From an uncultured Alphaproteobacteria bacterium (lineage in GTDB: Bacteria; Pseudomonadota; Alphaproteobacteria; Rhizobiales; Beijerinckiaceae): a stretch of DNA of 64,000 nt. Location of the stretch: NCBI GenBank assembly GCA_963723525.1, contig CAVRRI010000027.1, forward strand, positions 79,807-143,806. Direction: 5' to 3'. The position numbers and the translations under genes were made by a program. Every line of letters starts with the position of its first letter. Position 1 is the stretch's first letter. Shown here piece by piece: positions 34,002 to 45,705 of the stretch. The notes below the pieces were generated by a model. It was not told where the DNA came from. It was given only the letters and a program-made list of their open reading frames with translations, and did no database searches.

Positions 34002-36734
34002 ATGTCGTCACGTGCCGCCTTCCGCTCCCCGGAGCCCGATCCGTCCGCTCCGGACGAGGCCCCTCGCCCGGCGCCCGGCTCCGATTCGGGCCGGGTCACG
34101 CCCATGATGGCGCAATACGTGGAGATCAAGGCGGCCCATCCCGATTGCCTCCTGTTCTACCGGATGGGCGATTTCTACGAGCTGTTCTTCGCGGACGCCG
34201 AGATCGCGAGCCGGGCGCTCGGCATCGTCCTGACGAAGCGCGGGAAGCACCTCGGCGAGGACATCCCCATGTGCGGCGTGCCGGTGGAGCGCTCCGACGA
34301 TTACCTGCAGCGGCTCATCGCCCTCGGCCACCGGGTCGCCGTCTGCGAGCAGACGGAGGACCCGGCGGAAGCCAGGAAGCGCGGCTCGAAATCGGTCGTC
34401 CGCCGGGACGTGGTGCGCCTCGTCACGCCCGGCACGATCACCGAGGAACGGCTCCTCGATCCGGGGCGCGCCAACCTCTTCCTCGCCGTGGCGCGTCGGC
34501 GGCTCTCGGAGACGGATTGGGCCTACGGGCTCGCCGCTCTCGACATCTCGACCGGGCGCTTCGCCTTGAGCGAGACGGACGGGCCGGGGCTCGCCGCCGA
34601 GATCGCGCGTCTCGAACCGCGCGAAATCCTCCTGCCGGATGCGGTCCTCGAGGATCCTGCTCTGGCGGGCCTGTGGCGCGAGACCCGCGCCGCCGTGACG
34701 CCCCTCGCCCGCGAGGGTCTCGACCCGGCCTCCGCGGAGCGGCGGCTCAAGGATCATTTCGGCGTCGCGACGCTCGACGCGTTCGGCGCCTTCAGCCGCG
34801 CCGAGATCGCGGCGGCGGGCTCGGCGCTCTATTACGTGGAGAAGACGCAGCTCGACAGCCGGCCGGTCCTCAACCCGCCGGGCCGCGACGGCGCGGGCGC
34901 GGCCTTGTCCATCGACGCCGCCACGCGCGCCAATCTCGAACTGACCCGCACGCTTGCCGGCGAGCGGGCGGGAAGCGTCGTCGCCACCATCGACCGGACC
35001 GTGACCCCGGGCGGGGCGAGGCTTTTGGCGGAGCGCCTGGCCGGGCCGCTCACGGAGGTCGACGCCATCCGGGCGCGGCACGATGCGCTCGCGTTCCTCG
35101 CCGACGACGGCGACCTGCGCGACCGGCTGCGCCGGGTGCTGAAGCGCTCGCCCGACCTCGCGCGGGCGCTGTCGCGCCTCGGGCTCAAGCGCGGCGGTCC
35201 GCGCGACCTCGCCTGCCTGCGCGACGGCCTCTTCGCGGTGCGCGAGCTCGCCGTGGTCCTGGCAACGAGGCCGGACCTGCCCGACGAGCTGGCCGCGGCT
35301 TGCCGCACTCTGGCGCAGCTCGACACGAAAGCCGCGGACGACCTCGCGGCGGCATTGGCCGACGAGCTGCCGCTCCTCAGGCGCGACGGCGGCTTCATCC
35401 GCTCAGGTTATCACCCCGAACTCGACGAGGCGCGGGAGCTGCAGCAGGATTCCCGCCGCTTCATCGCTGCGCTTCAGGCGCGCTATGCGGCCGAGACCGG
35501 CTGCCGGACGCTGCGCGTCAAGCACAACCACATGATCGGCTACTTCGTCGAAGTGCCTCAGGGGACGGGCGAAGACCTGTTGAAGCCCCCCTTCAAGGAG
35601 ACCTTCGTTCATCGGCAGACCATGGCGGGCGCCATGCGCTTCTCCACGGTGGAACTCGGCGAGCTCGAGGCCAAGATCGCCTCCGCGGCGGACCGGGCGC
35701 TGAGGATCGAACTCGGGCTGTTCGAGGCGCTGTCGCAGCGCCTCGTCGATCTCGGCCCCGCCATCGCGCGCGCCGCCGATGCCGTCGCGGTGGTCGACGT
35801 CACGGCGTCCCTCGCCGAACTGGCGGTGGACCTCGACTGGACCCGCCCCTTCGTCGACCGGAGCCTCGCCTTCCGGGTCGAGGGCGGCCGCCATCCGGTC
35901 GTCGAGGCGGCGCTGAAGCGTCAGGGCGAGGCCTTCATCGCCAACGACGCGGACCTCTCCGGCAGCGAGGCGGGGCGCATCCTCCTCGTCACCGGCCCCA
36001 ACATGGGCGGCAAGTCCACGTATCTTCGCCAGAACGCGCTCGTCGTGGTGCTCGCCCAGATGGGCTCCTTCGTGCCCGCCAAGGAGGCCCGCATCGGCGT
36101 CGTCGACCGCCTGTTCTCGCGGGTCGGCGCCGCGGACGACCTCGCCCGCGGCCGCTCCACCTTCATGGTGGAGATGGTCGAGACGGCGGCGATCCTGAAC
36201 CAGGCGACCTCGCGCTCGCTCGTCATCCTCGACGAGATCGGCCGCGGCACCGCCACCTTCGACGGGCTCTCGATCGCCTGGGCGGCGATCGAGCACCTGC
36301 ACGAGACGAACCGCTGCCGGGCCCTGTTCGCGACCCATTTCCACGAGCTGACGGCGCTCGCCGAACGCCTGCCCCGGCTCGCCAACGCGACCCTCAAGGT
36401 GACGGAATGGCACGGCGAGGTCGTGTTCCTGCACGAGGTCGTGCCGGGGGCCGCCGACCGCTCCTACGGCCTGCAGGTGGCCCGCCTCGCCGGCCTGCCC
36501 CAAGCCGTCGTCGACCGGGCGAAGACGATCCTGAGCGAACTCGAGACATCGGACCGCGAGCGGCCGAAGCGCGCCCTCGTCGACGACCTGCCGCTCTTCG
36601 CGGTCGCCGCCCGCACGGAGCCGCCGAAGCCGCAAGCGGACCCGTTGCGCGAGGAACTCGACGCGCTCGACCCGGACGCGCTATCGCCGCGGGAGGCCCT
36701 GGAGGCGCTCTATCGCTTGAAGGCGAAGCGGTAG
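34002..36734 (+). CDS. mutS: DNA mismatch repair protein MutS
   Basis: [45 protein letters not shown]. Confidence 0.97.
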   Translation: MSSRAAFRSPEPDPSAPDEAPRPAPGSDSGRVTPMMAQYVEIKAAHPDCLLFYRMGDFYELFFADAEIASRALGIVLTKRGKHLGEDIPMCGVPVERSDDYLQRLIALGHRVAVCEQTEDPAEARKRGSKSVVRRDVVRLVTPGTITEERLLDPGRANLFLAVARRRLSETDWAYGLAALDISTGRFALSETDGPGLAAEIARLEPREILLPDAVLEDPALAGLWRETRAAVTPLAREGLDPASAERRLKDHFGVATLDAFGAFSRAEIAAAGSALYYVEKTQLDSRPVLNPPGRDGAGAALSIDAATRANLELTRTLAGERAGSVVATIDRTVTPGGARLLAERLAGPLTEVDAIRARHDALAFLADDGDLRDRLRRVLKRSPDLARALSRLGLKRGGPRDLACLRDGLFAVRELAVVLATRPDLPDELAAACRTLAQLDTKAADDLAAALADELPLLRRDGGFIRSGYHPELDEARELQQDSRRFIAALQARYAAETGCRTLRVKHNHMIGYFVEVPQGTGEDLLKPPFKETFVHRQTMAGAMRFSTVELGELEAKIASAADRALRIELGLFEALSQRLVDLGPAIARAADAVAVVDVTASLAELAVDLDWTRPFVDRSLAFRVEGGRHPVVEAALKRQGEAFIANDADLSGSEAGRILLVTGPNMGGKSTYLRQNALVVVLAQMGSFVPAKEARIGVVDRLFSRVGAADDLARGRSTFMVEMVETAAILNQATSRSLVILDEIGRGTATFDGLSIAWAAIEHLHETNRCRALFATHFHELTALAERLPRLANATLKVTEWHGEVVFLHEVVPGAADRSYGLQVARLAGLPQAVVDRAKTILSELETSDRERPKRALVDDLPLFAVAARTEPPKPQADPLREELDALDPDALSPREALEALYRLKAKR

Positions 36735-36849
36735 GGATCTGACGCGCGGAGTCGGCCCCTCCTGCCCGCCTATGCCGGGCCATTGCAACTCTATCGCGTT
36801 ACCCGGAGCCACGCTAAGGTCGCGCCCGGGGTTTGGGGGCAACAGCCGA

Positions 36850-38388
36850 ATGGTCACACGGGTTTCGACCGTCGCGTTCGAGGGAATCGAGGCGCGGGCG
36901 GTGGATGTGCAGGTTCAGATCACGCCCGGCGCCGTCGCCTTCACGGTCGTGGGCCTGCCCGACAAGGCGGTGGGCGAATCCCGCGAGCGGGTGCGGTCGG
37001 CCCTCATCGCCTCCGGCCTCGCGATCCCGGCCAAGCGCATCACCGTGAACCTCGCGCCGGCCGACCTGCCGAAGGAAGGGAGCCATTACGACCTGCCGAT
37101 CGCGCTCGGCGTCATGGGCGCCATCGGGGCGATCCCGAGCGATGCGTTGAACGGCTTCACGGTGCTCGGCGAACTGGCGCTCGACGGCTCGATCACCGCG
37201 GTGGCCGGCGTGCTGCCCGCGGCGATCGCCGCCAATGCGCGCGGCCACGGGCTCATCTGCCCGGCCGCCTGCGGGCCGGAGGCCGCCTGGGCGAGCGGCG
37301 ATATCGAGGTGCTGGCGCCCCGTTCGCTCGTTCAGCTCGCCAACCACTTCAAGGGCACGCAGGTGATGAGCCGGCCCGAGCCGGCCATCGCGCCGGCGGC
37401 CGTCGGTCTGCCGGACCTGCGCGACATCAAGGGCCAGGAGAGCGCGAAGCGCACCCTCGAGATCGCCGCGGCAGGGTCCCACAACCTCTTGATGAGCGGT
37501 CCGCCGGGCGCAGGCAAATCGATGCTCGCGCAAAGGCTGCCCTCGATCCTGCCGCCATTGTCGCCGCGTGAGCTGCTCGAAGTGTCGATGATCCAATCGG
37601 TGGCCGGGAACCTCGCCGAGGGCGCGCTGTCCAACCGCCGGCCGTTCCGGGCGCCGCACCACTCCGCCTCGATGGCGGCGCTCGTCGGCGGCGGTCAGAA
37701 CGCGAGGCCCGGGGAGGTGTCCCTCGCCCATCACGGCGTGCTGTTCCTCGACGAGATGCCGGAGTTCCAGCCGCAGGTTCTCGACTCGCTGCGGCAACCG
37801 ATGGAGACGGGGGACATCGTCATCGCCCGCGCCAACCATCGCGTCACCTATCCGGCGCGGTTCCAGCTCGTCGCGGCGATGAACCCCTGCCGCTGCGGAC
37901 AGGCGACGGAGCCCGGCTTCGTCTGCCGACGCCAGCCGAACGAGCGCTGCATGGCGCAATACCAGGCGCGCCTCTCCGGTCCCCTCATCGACCGCATCGA
38001 CCTCGTGATCGAGGTGCCGGCGGTGACCGCCGCGGACCTCATCCTGCCGGCGCCCGCGGAGGGCTCGGCGGAAGTCGCCGCGCGGGTCGCCGCCGCGCGG
38101 GCGCTCCAGGCGGCGCGATACGCGGCGCTCGGGGTCGAGGGAGTGAGCACCAACGCAGCCTGCCCGGCGCCGCTGCTCGAAGAAGTGGCGCAGCCCGACC
38201 GCGACGGCCTCGCGCTGATCCGCGAGGCCGCCGACAAGATGCGGCTCTCCGCCCGTGGCTTCCACCGGGTCCTTAAGGTCGCGCGCACGCTTGCGGATCT
38301 CGACGGCGAGGAGCGCGTCCGGCGCATTCATCTGGCCGAGGCCTTGTCGTACCGCGCGCAAGCGGACCGCCGCTCGGCCGCGGCGTGA
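36850..38388 (+). CDS. comM: YifB/ComM Mg-chelatase-like AAA+ ATPase
   Basis: VGLPDKAVGESRERV, NLAPADLPKEG, GPPGAGKS, PFRAPHH, AAMNPCRCG. Confidence 0.92.
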   Translation: MVTRVSTVAFEGIEARAVDVQVQITPGAVAFTVVGLPDKAVGESRERVRSALIASGLAIPAKRITVNLAPADLPKEGSHYDLPIALGVMGAIGAIPSDALNGFTVLGELALDGSITAVAGVLPAAIAANARGHGLICPAACGPEAAWASGDIEVLAPRSLVQLANHFKGTQVMSRPEPAIAPAAVGLPDLRDIKGQESAKRTLEIAAAGSHNLLMSGPPGAGKSMLAQRLPSILPPLSPRELLEVSMIQSVAGNLAEGALSNRRPFRAPHHSASMAALVGGGQNARPGEVSLAHHGVLFLDEMPEFQPQVLDSLRQPMETGDIVIARANHRVTYPARFQLVAAMNPCRCGQATEPGFVCRRQPNERCMAQYQARLSGPLIDRIDLVIEVPAVTAADLILPAPAEGSAEVAARVAAARALQAARYAALGVEGVSTNAACPAPLLEEVAQPDRDGLALIREAADKMRLSARGFHRVLKVARTLADLDGEERVRRIHLAEALSYRAQADRRSAAA

Positions 38389-38503
38389 GGGTGCGAGCGG
38401 CCGGGTCGAAGATCGGGCGCCCTTTTCGGCCTGGGATCCTCGCATCGCCTTGCGCGCGTCTGAGGGTGACGAGTTGATCGGCCTGTCGCACCCCGCCGCC
38501 CAA

Positions 38504-38518
38504 TGAACGAAACCTTAA
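38504..38518. promoter_or_regulatory. CtrA-like box (TGAA-N7-TTAA)
   Basis: One mismatch from TTAA-N7-TTAA; ~110 bp upstream of the 38627 gene. Confidence 0.4.
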
Positions 38519-38626
38519 GATCGCGCGCGCCTTTTTCGTCGAAGGTGCTCATTCCTTGAGAACCCCGTTTCTCAAGCGCTTTTTCAGCGATTTCGACCAT
38601 CGTCGTCCGGGAATTGGACACGGACG

Positions 38627-39478
38627 ATGAATCTTCTCGGGATCCCGCTCTCGAGTGGCGCGTGGCTCGCGCCCATGACGGCGCTTGCGGCGATGGCCGT
38701 CGCGGTCGCCGTGGTCCTGCTGCGCGATCATCTGCGGCTCGAGCGTCATGCCGCCGCCCTCGAGGCCGAGGTGGCGCGCCTCCAGGGCGACATTCAGCAC
38801 TTCGCGCAGGTGCGCGTGCGCGACCAGGCGAAGCTCTCTGCGCAGCGGGAGCTCGCCGAATCCGAGACTCTCGAGCGCTCGTTCCGCGCGCCGCTCGGCG
38901 GCATCGCCGGACTGGCGACGCTCCTCCTCGACACGTCCCTCGATGGCGCGCAGGCGATCCATGCACGGCGGATCAAGGCCCTCGCCGACGACCTGATCGG
39001 CCGGATCGAGCCCGCGCGCCCCGCCGCCGGCGCGGAGCCGGCACGCCCTGCTCCTCAGGCCCGCAAGGTCGTCCGCGTTCTCCTTGCCGAGGACGACGAG
39101 ATCAACGGCCTCTTCGCCGCACGATCCCTCGAAACGGCGGATGTGGCCATCGACTGGGTCCGGGACGGCGAAGAGGCGCTAAGGAGGATCGAGGCCTCCT
39201 TCTCGGGCGCCTCGCCGGCCTACGACGTCGTCCTGATGGACCTCCGCATGCCCGGTCTGGACGGGCTCGGGGCCGCGCGGCGGATCAGGGCCCTCGAGGC
39301 GAGTCTCGGCCGCAGCGAGCCCCTGCGGATCGTCGCCGTGACGGCCACGACCATGCGGCAGGACCGGCTCGCGGCCGAGAAGGCCGGCATCAGCGACTTC
39401 CTGGCGAAACCTTACGGCACCCATGACCTGATCCGGCGTCTCGCCCCTCCGGAAGAGATCCTCGACCGCGCGTCGTAG
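38627..39478 (+). CDS. Membrane-anchored protein: TM helix, degenerate HisKA(DHp)-like segment and receiver domain; no HATPase domain
   Basis: Hydrophobic N-terminus; RSFRAPLGGIAGLATLLLDTSL; VLLAEDD..VLMDLRMP..VTA..KP. Confidence 0.8.
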   Translation: MNLLGIPLSSGAWLAPMTALAAMAVAVAVVLLRDHLRLERHAAALEAEVARLQGDIQHFAQVRVRDQAKLSAQRELAESETLERSFRAPLGGIAGLATLLLDTSLDGAQAIHARRIKALADDLIGRIEPARPAAGAEPARPAPQARKVVRVLLAEDDEINGLFAARSLETADVAIDWVRDGEEALRRIEASFSGASPAYDVVLMDLRMPGLDGLGAARRIRALEASLGRSEPLRIVAVTATTMRQDRLAAEKAGISDFLAKPYGTHDLIRRLAPPEEILDRAS

Positions 39479-39593
39479 CGGCCGTCAACAGGTGCGATCG
39501 CGCGTGTCACACAACCGTCGAGGCTCTATGCTTCGGTCGCGGCGTCGTCCGGATGCGTGAATCGCATCCGGCACGCTTCCCGAAGAGGTTTCG

Positions 39594-40518
39594 ATGGCGC
39601 TCCAATTCCCGCGCGCAGGTCTTCCCGCTCCCGGCTCTCCCGAGAGCGGCGCGATCCGGTTCTTCCCGATACGAGAGAAGGTCGTCCGCCATTACGGCAG
39701 CCTCGGTCCGACGCTCGGCCGGCTCGGCTCGCTCGAGGTCCGGCTCGCCACCACCAAGGCGGAGATCCGGCGGGCGCAGCGTCTCCGGTTCAAGGTGTTC
39801 TACGAGGAGATGTCGGCCGTGCCCGACGGCGCCTCCCTGTTCTCCCGGCGGGACGTCGACGAATACGATTTCGTCTGCGATCACCTGCTCGTCATCGATC
39901 ACGACGTGAAGCCGAAGCCCTTCCGCAAGCCGAAACCGAAGGTCGTGGGCACCTACCGGCTGCTGCGCCAGGAGGTCGCCGACCGGAACTGGGGCTTCTA
40001 CACGGCGGGCGAATACGACATCCAGCCTGTCATCGACGCCCATCCGGGCCTCAACTTCCTCGAACTCGGCCGCTCCTGCGTGCTGAAGCCCTATCGGAAC
40101 AAGCGCACGGTCGAGCTGCTCTGGCACGGCATCTGGACCTACGTCCTCCATTTCCGGGTCGACGTGATGCTCGGCTGCGCGAGCCTCGACGGCACGGATC
40201 CGCGCCGCCTCGCCCTGCCGTTGAGCTTCCTCCACCACCATGCCCAGGCTCCCGAGCCATGGCGCGCCAGGGCCCTCAGGGAGCGCTACACGCGCCATGG
40301 ACGTCCTCGCGAAGGAGGCGGTGGACACGAAGGCCGCGCTCCACGCGCTGCCGCCGCTCGTCAAGGGCTATCTCCGGCTCGGCGCGACCTTCGGGGACGG
40401 GGCGGTGATCGACCGGCAGTTCGGCACGACGGACGTGCTCGTGGTGCTGCCGGTCTCCGCCATCAACCCGCGCTACATCGATCATTTCGGACCGGCGGCC
40501 AACCGTCACGCGGCCTGA
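39594..40518 (+). CDS. olsB: Ornithine-lipid N-acyltransferase (OlsB-like GNAT); indel near 40295
   Basis: AQRLRFKVFYEEM, DEYDFVCDHLLV, VVGTYRLL, LELGRSCV, LPPLVKGYLRLGA, DRQFGTTD. Confidence 0.8.
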
Positions 40519-41389
40519 ACGCCCTCGCCGGCGGCAAAGAGCGCCGCGAGGCCCTCCCGGTAGCTCGGATGGGCCGGCGTCCAGCCGAGCTCCTGCTTGA
40601 TGAGCCGGTTCGAGACGCGCTTGCTCTCGGCGTAGAAGCTCGCCGCCATGGGCGACATCGCGGCCGGATCGAAGGGCGTCTCGGGCGGCGGCGGAACCCC
40701 GAGCAGCGCGGCCGCATGCGCGACGACGTCCTGCGGCGGCGCGGGCTCGTCGTCGGCGACGTTGTAGATCGCGCCGGGACGAGGCCGCTCGATCGAGGCC
40801 ATCAGCGCCGTCGCGATGTCGTCCACGTGAATCCGGTTGAACACCTGCCCGGACTTCACGACGCGGCGCGCCGTGCCGCGGGCGAGATTGGCAAGGGCGT
40901 TGCTGCCGGGACCGTAGATGCCGGCGAGGCGGAAGACCTGAACGGCCTTGCCGGTCCTACGCCCCCAGGCGAGCCAGGCGTTCTCCGCGGCGAGGCGCTC
41001 CCGCGAACGTTCGCTCTTCGGCGTCGCCGGAACGCGTCTCGTCGACCCAGGCGCCCCGCTGGTCGCCGTAGACGCCGACCGTGGAGAGATAGCCGATCCA
41101 GGCGGATCGCGGAGCGCGGCCCAGGGCCTCCCCATGGCGGGCGAGGACAGGGTCGCCGCCGGTCCCGGGTGGAATCGAGATGAGGACCGCGTCCGCCTCG
41201 GCGAGGGCGTCGGCGATGCCCTCGTCGGCGCACTCGTCCGAGAAGCGGAACGCCTCGATTCCCTCGCCCCTCAGGACCTCGGCCTTGTCGAGGCTCCGGA
41301 CCGTCCCGGCGACGTGGGCGAAGCGCCCGCAATAGCGCCGCACGAAGGCCGAGGCGCGTATAGCCGAGGCCGAAGACGAAGAGGTTCAC
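40506..41389 (-). CDS. NAD-dependent epimerase/dehydratase (extended SDR); indels
   Basis: [44 protein letters not shown]. Confidence 0.85.
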
Positions 41390-42520
41390 GCGGCGTCCTC
41401 GGCGAAGCCGGACCCGAGCGCCCGCTCCCATTCGGCGCGCACGTCGGCGTCCGTCTCGGCCGGGCCGTGCGCGGCGGCAAGCGCCGCCGCGCTCTCCGCC
41501 GGCAGCAGGCGGCCCGCCGCCCAGACCGCCATGGCGCGCACGAGCGGCGAGGCGTCGCCGAGGAGGCGGACGGCCTCCTCGGCCAGGGCCGGGCTCGCCG
41601 GAATTGCCGATCGCGACGAGCACGTTGCGCACGAAGCGGTCGCGGCCCGTGCGCTTGATCGGGGTGCCGGCGAAGCGGGCCCGGAAGGCGGCATCGTCGA
41701 GGCGGGCGAGGTCCGCGAGCGGCGGCGCGGCGAGGTCCTCGCGCTGCTTGAGGCGGACCTCGCGCCCGGCCTGCGCGAACTTGTTCCACGGGCAGACGGC
41801 GAGGCAATCGTCGCAGCCGAACACGCGGTTGCCGATGCCGGGCCGCAGATCCGGCGGGATGTGGCCCCGGTGCTCGATGGTGAGGTACGAGATGCAGCGG
41901 CGCGCATCGAGCCGGTAGGGCGCCGGGAAGGCGTCGGTCGGGCAGATGTCGAGGCAGCGGCGGCATGAACCGCAATGGTCCCGCTCGGGCGCGTCGGGCG
42001 GCATCTCCGCCGTGGTGAAGATGGCGCCGAGAAAGAGCCAGTTGCCGAACTCGCGCGACACGAGGACCGTATGCTTGCCCTGCCAGCCGAGGCCGGCGGC
42101 CTGGGCCAGGGGCTTCTCCATCACCGGCGCCGTGTCGACGAAGACCTTCACGCCGGATCCCGCGCGGGCGGCGAGGAAACCGGCGGCTTCCTTCAGCTTG
42201 CCCTTGATCACGTCGTGATAGTCGCGGTTGCGGGCATAGACCGAGATGGTGGCGCGGTCCCGCGCGCCGAGGGTCGCCAGCGGGTCGGTTTCGGGCCCGT
42301 AATTGAGTCCGAGGAGCACGATGCTGCGCACCTCGGGCCACAGGATCCGCGGGTCGGCGCGCCGCGCCGCCGTGTCCGCCATCCAGGCCATGGAGCCGTG
42401 ATGGCCCTCCGCCAGCCAGGCCTCGAGGCGTTCGGGGGCGAGCGGCGCGGCGTCCGGGGCCGTCACGCGGACGATGTCGAAGCCGAGGGTCTTGGCGCGC
42501 TCGACGAAAGCCGCCTTCAG
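41386..42520 (-). CDS. queG: Epoxyqueuosine reductase; start codon not identified; indel near 41600
   Basis: [49 protein letters not shown]. Confidence 0.92.
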
Positions 42521-43213
42521 AAGTCGAGGTCCGTGTAATGCTCCGGCGGCGCCATGCCGGGCACCCGGTCCGCGAGGAGCGTGCGGAAGGCCGGCCGGGA
42601 TTTCACCCGGGCGTACCAATGCTTCGCCGTTTCGTCCTCGTCCCATGGCACGTCGCCGAGATAATCCGCCGCCGAGAGATGGGCTGCCGCGGCCAGATCC
42701 GCATAGGTCAGTTGGTCGCCGGCAAGCCATTTCCGGGTCGCGATCAGATAGCCGATATACTTCAGATGGTAACGCACATTCGTGCGGGCCGCGCGGATCG
42801 CGCTCATGTCGGGCGCGCCGCCTCCGAGGCTCGGCCGGCATGAAGCGCTTGTAGATCTTCTCCATGACGAGGTAGCCCGTCACCTCGCTCATGGAACTTC
42901 GACAGGAACCAGTCGAGAAGCCGCCGGACTTCGACCCGCGCGGCCGGCTCGGCCGGGAGGAGCCGCCGGTCGCCGAGCACGCCGCCCCGGGTCTCGTCGA
43001 GATATTCGGCGATGACTCCCGGCGCCCGGCACGGCGAAAGCCCTGGCCGTCGACCAGGACCGGCGTCGTGCCCGCCGGATTGAGCTCGAGGAACGGGATG
43101 CGCCGCTCCCACGGCCTTTCCTCGCGAGTCTCGGCCTCGATCCCGATCTCGCCGAGCACGAGCCGGACGAACCGCGAATGCGGGCAGAAGGCGTAATGAT
43201 GGAGGATGGTCAT
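42517..43213 (-). CDS. fzlA: GST-fold FtsZ-binding protein FzlA; indels
   Basis: [25 protein letters not shown]; KSRPAFR; C-terminal HYTDLDF; position between queG and uppP. Confidence 0.75.
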
Positions 43214-43260
43214 CAGCGTGTCAGACGCACAACAAGGGGCGACAATAAGGCCGTGCTTCC

Positions 43261-43275
43261 TTAACGTTTGGTCAA
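43261..43275. promoter_or_regulatory. CtrA-like box (TTAA-N7-TCAA) upstream of fzlA
   Basis: TTAACGTTTGGTCAA, about 50 bp upstream of the ATG. Confidence 0.45.
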
Positions 43276-43554
43276 GATCGGATGCGCGGGCCGGCATCGC
43301 GACAAGCAGTCCCGCCGGTCCCTATCCAGACGAGCGGGTCCGTGAACAGCCGAAAAGTCCGACGTCGCAATAAAAGGGGCGAGTCGCCAAGGCGGGAACG
43401 GTGGCGCGGACTTCCTTCGATCTCTGCGCGAGCGCCGCAATGGGGCGCCGTCGCATCATCGACCGAGCGTCCGGTCCAAGCGTCCAGACCGTACTTCCGC
43501 TCGGACGGTGCCTTTCTGACCCGGTAGGAACTGGCCGGCCGCGCGCCGCCCACC

Positions 43555-43756
43555 GCGTCTTGACGACGATGCAGCGGTAGTCGCGCTGCGAGGCGTCGCG
43601 GACGGTCGACTCCACGCAGATGTTCGTCGTGACGCAGCGGACGACCAGGCGCTCGATCCGCAGCGACGTCAGCAACGGCTCCAGGTGCGTTCCGAAGAAG
43701 CCGCTCAAGCGCTTCTTGTGGATCACAGAGTCGCGCGGCTCGGGCGTCAGCTGCAA
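43555..43756 (-). pseudogene. Isochorismatase/cysteine hydrolase fragment
   Basis: LTPEPRDSVIHKKRLSGFFGTHLEPLL..TTNICVESTVRDASQRDYRCIVV; N-terminal half absent. Confidence 0.7.
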
Positions 43757-43920
43757 CCGATACGCTCTGCGCTTGTCACCGGTGTCAACTCACGCGGCGA
43801 TTATTCGACACTCATGTCATATCCCGGACCCGTCGAGCGCAGGAACGCGAGTCGCGGGGGCTACCGGCAGGTCCCGGACGACCGCGTTATCGCGCCCGGC
43901 CGGCGACTTTCTGACCCAGA

Positions 43921-44013
43921 CTGGACCTGTTTCCACCGGTGTGGGATCAGGTCTTTATGATTCCCGCCGTATGTCCGCGGTGAAGTGGACCCGCTCCACC
44001 TGAAAGTGCTCTA
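43921..44013. repeat. Palindromic repeat family 2, diverged copy
   Basis: CTGGACCTGTTTCCACCGGTGTGGGATCAG...CGGTGAAGTGGACCCGCTCCACCTGAAAGTGCTCTA is colinear with 33674-33766. Confidence 0.7.
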
Positions 44014-44052
44014 AGCGGCGGGCCGATTCGGCTTTCGGGATTCCATCGTTCC

Positions 44053-44850
44053 ATGGTTGCATTCATCGAAGCTCTGTTCCTCGGATTGATCGAGGGCCTG
44101 ACCGAGTTCCTGCCCGTCTCGTCGACCGGACATCTTCTGCTCGTCGGCCATTTCCTCGGCTTCGAATCGAACGGCAAGACCTTCGAGGTGCTCATTCAGC
44201 TCGGCGCCATCCTGGCGATCCTCTCGGTCTATTCCGGCAAGCTCTGGCAGATCGCCCGCGCGCTGCCGGACAATGCGGATGCGCGCCGCTTCGTCGTCGG
44301 GGTCCTGATCGCCTTCCTGCCGGCGGCGCTCATCGGCGCGGCGCTGCATTCGTTCATCAAGGAGGTCCTGTTCAACCCGTGGATCGTGTGCGTCACGCTG
44401 ATCGCGGGCGGGCTCGTGCTACTGGTGCTCGACGGTGTGCGGATCGTGGCGCGCTACGACGACGCGACACGGTTTCCGCTGCCCATGTACTTCAAGATCG
44501 GCCTAATCCAGTGTGCCGCCATGGTGCCGGGCGTGTCGCGCTCCGGCGCAACCATCGCCGGTGCCATGCTGCTCGGCGCGGAGAAGCGCGCGGCCGCCGA
44601 ATTCTCGTTCTTCCTCGCCATGCCGACCATGGCGGGCGCCTTCGCGTACGATCTCTTGAAGAACTACAGGATTCTCTCCCTCGACGACGTGGCCCTCATC
44701 GCGGCCGGATTCGTCGCCGCCTTCGTCACGGCGCTCCTCGTGGTGCGGGGACTTCTGGCCTACGTGTCCCGGCACGGCTTCGCGCCCTTCGGGTGGTGGC
44801 GGATCGTGGTCGGAGCGGCGGGGCTCGCGGGCCTCATCGTGTTCGGATGA
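44053..44850 (+). CDS. uppP: Undecaprenyl-diphosphatase
   Basis: [35 protein letters not shown]. Confidence 0.96.
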   Translation: MVAFIEALFLGLIEGLTEFLPVSSTGHLLLVGHFLGFESNGKTFEVLIQLGAILAILSVYSGKLWQIARALPDNADARRFVVGVLIAFLPAALIGAALHSFIKEVLFNPWIVCVTLIAGGLVLLVLDGVRIVARYDDATRFPLPMYFKIGLIQCAAMVPGVSRSGATIAGAMLLGAEKRAAAEFSFFLAMPTMAGAFAYDLLKNYRILSLDDVALIAAGFVAAFVTALLVVRGLLAYVSRHGFAPFGWWRIVVGAAGLAGLIVFG

Positions 44851-44932
44851 GGGAGCGTCCATGCCGGACGGCAGCGGAACGCTTGCGGTGATCGCCTGCA
44901 TCCCCGGCGCCGGCCGCTGCCTGAAACCCTGA

Positions 44933-45685
44933 TCAGGCGCCCGGCGCGGGCGTCTTCTCCGGGTAGCGGCAGAGATCCGCGACGAGGCAACGCCAGCACT
45001 CGGGCTTGCGCGCCTTGCAGACATAGCGCCCGTGCAGGATCAGCCAGTGATGGGCATGGAGGAGGAACTCCTTCGGCACCACGGCCTCGAGCGCTGCCTG
45101 GGTCTCCAGCGGCGCCTGCGTGGCGACGAGCGGAATGCGGTTCGCGACCCGGAAGATATGGGTGTCCACCGCGATCCGGGGAACACCGAACGCCACGTTG
45201 ACCACGACGCTCGCGGTCTTGCGGCCGACGCCCGGAAGGGTCTCCAGGACCTCTACCGAGCGCGGCACTTCGCCGCCGAATTCCTCGACGAGGCGGCGGG
45301 ACAGGGCGATCACGTTCTTCGCCTTGGTGTTGAAGAAGTTGATCGTCCGGATCCGCTGGCGCACCCCCTCCTCGCCCAGGGCGAGCATCTTGGCCGGCGT
45401 GTCGGCGACCTGAAACAGCCCGCGCGTCGCCTTGTTGACGCCCGCATCCGTCGACTGCGCCGAGAGCACCACGGCGACGAGGAGCGTGAACGCGTTGGTG
45501 TGCTCGAGCTCGCCCTTCGGCTGAGGGTTCGCCGCACGAAAGCGCGTGAAGACCTCGACGAGGGTTTCGCGGTCGACGGGCTTCGGTGCCTTCACGGACT
45601 TCGCCTTGGCGGGCGCGGCGATCGGCTCGACGAGGGCGCCGGTCGGCTTCCGGCTGCGGCGGGGCGAGGATTTCAGATCGGACAT
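44933..45685 (-). CDS. nth: Endonuclease III
   Basis: LSAQSTD, HhH motif LPGVGRKTA, VDTH, CKARKPECWRCLVADLC. Confidence 0.96.
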   Translation of the reverse strand: MSDLKSSPRRSRKPTGALVEPIAAPAKAKSVKAPKPVDRETLVEVFTRFRAANPQPKGELEHTNAFTLLVAVVLSAQSTDAGVNKATRGLFQVADTPAKMLALGEEGVRQRIRTINFFNTKAKNVIALSRRLVEEFGGEVPRSVEVLETLPGVGRKTASVVVNVAFGVPRIAVDTHIFRVANRIPLVATQAPLETQAALEAVVPKEFLLHAHHWLILHGRYVCKARKPECWRCLVADLCRYPEKTPAPGA

Positions 45686-45705
45686 CCGTGCGTTATATCC
45701 GGAGC

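Noticed and set aside
40856-43297. Apparent GST-QueG-epimerase fusion (813 aa)
   Set aside because: Chimeric frame created by indels across three separate genes
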